Below, piece after piece: positions 62,961-64,000 of a DNA stretch of 64,000 nucleotides (position 1 is its first letter; every line of letters begins with the position of its first letter). This stretch comes from Toensbergia leucococca (lineage: Eukaryota): assembly GCA_022813965.1 (NCBI GenBank), contig JALDZS010000055.1, forward strand, positions 1 to 64,000, in the 5' to 3' direction. The notes beneath the pieces are model-generated. The model was not told the DNA's origin. It was given only the letters and a program-made list of their open reading frames with translations, and ran no database searches. The position numbers and the translations under genes are program-made.

Positions 62961-64000
62961 ATGTCTAAACTATCTGAACTTTTGAATCCAGTCCCGCGCT
63001 CGAATCTTCCGACACCAGCTCACCACGTTCGGACACCAAGCGCAGACGATGGAGATGATTCCTCAATAGTCCAACAGTCTGTTTATGTTCAGGCCACACC
63101 TGGCATGCATCTCAATTCTCCTCTAGACGCTCTAGCTGCTGTCGCAACTAGCAGCGCGCCCTTCACATCACCTTCACAAGAAGCCGGTACTTCCTTTCGG
63201 TCATCCGAACCTCACCACCGAAATTACGCAAATCCCTTGTCACGACCTTCGTCTAGTCACTTTTCGCCACCGCTTCCCTCCGGTCCTCAGTTCTCACCTG
63301 GCCTCGAACAATATCATCATACTTCACACCGCGATTCTGGACCTAGGAAGTTGTCCGAGATTGCAGATACTACATCACGAGAACTTCCTCCATTGCGACG
63401 ATCTCTAGCGGAGGAAAGCAGTTCGCCTACAATGCCTCTTTTAGGCGGGCAATCAATTGACGAGAGCCATAAATGGCAGGATTCTGGAGATCGGGTCGAA
63501 GTTCCCGCAGCGCAAATGCATCATTCGGACTCCATTCAGGAGCCGGACTACGTGCGCAATGCACCAATGACCTCACAGATCCGACAGCCATCGTACAGTC
63601 CACATCCTACTCCTCCGCCTAAGAATAATCTCAAGACCGAAATTTTACAGCCAGAGGTGAAAACTGAGTTGGTGGAAGAGGCTCCCGAGCCCGTGGAAAT
63701 GACTTCACTTCACAAGCAAGAGAAGGACACCCCGGGTAAACCAACTGCCGAGTCTAATCTTACGGGAGTAGAGTTAGCCACTTCTAAAAACATATCAGAT
63801 TTAAGGTACGAAGAAAGTTTTAGAGCGTCCTCAATCGCCACCGAAGATTCAACTAGGACTCCATCCGTGAATTCGAAATCAGCACCATCCAAAAAAAGGG
63901 CTGCACCGAAATCGAAAAAAGGCACTGCAAGCGCAATTAGACCTGCACCAAAGAAGCGCAAATTAGACTCCCAGAGCGTTGATGGAACACCTTCTTTGCA
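62961..64000 (+). CDS. 5' part of a probable nuclear protein running off the window end (disordered, NLS-like motifs)
   Basis: GCCATCATG start, MSKLSELLNP...SPLDALAAVA...SKKRAAPKSKKGTA...PKKRKLD. The frame appears open to the window end. No folded domain is visible here. Confidence 0.7.
   Translation, partial: MSKLSELLNPVPRSNLPTPAHHVRTPSADDGDDSSIVQQSVYVQATPGMHLNSPLDALAAVATSSAPFTSPSQEAGTSFRSSEPHHRNYANPLSRPSSSHFSPPLPSGPQFSPGLEQYHHTSHRDSGPRKLSEIADTTSRELPPLRRSLAEESSSPTMPLLGGQSIDESHKWQDSGDRVEVPAAQMHHSDSIQEPDYVRNAPMTSQIRQPSYSPHPTPPPKNNLKTEILQPEVKTELVEEAPEPVEMTSLHKQEKDTPGKPTAESNLTGVELATSKNISDLRYEESFRASSIATEDSTRTPSVNSKSAPSKKRAAPKSKKGTASAIRPAPKKRKLDSQSVDGTPSL

Overview
Gene-dense, intron-containing fungal DNA from a filamentous ascomycete (Pezizomycotina). 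A lichen-forming lineage is plausible but cannot be shown from this window. About 20 protein-coding loci are visible: TEF1 3' end, HeLo-ankyrin protein, EFR3, GH5 endoglucanase, a Cys-containing secreted orphan, branchpoint-binding protein BBP/MSL5, intradiol dioxygenase, Fet3/Abr1-like multicopper oxidase, GtaA-type glutaminase, a small orphan membrane protein, beta-carbonic anhydrase, fungal AAA+ ATPase, a conserved hypothetical, a BTB-like protein, a HET pseudogene, MED10, a basic low-complexity protein, MOT1, Ark1/Prk1 kinase, a tail-to-tail EFM7-like/EFM4 pair, lactate 2-monooxygenase-like enzyme and the start of one more gene. The best leads are: (1) a long hairpin-containing intron full of branch-site motifs inside the BBP gene, a candidate autoregulatory splicing switch; (2) a 2.7-kb array of tandem and inverted repeats that encloses an orphan ORF and runs into the beta-CA promoter; (3) a HeLo-ankyrin protein with no NOD domain; (4) a recurring C-rich to G-rich skew flip near gene 3' ends. 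All family calls come from reading motifs by eye. No searches were run, and intron boundaries were placed manually.
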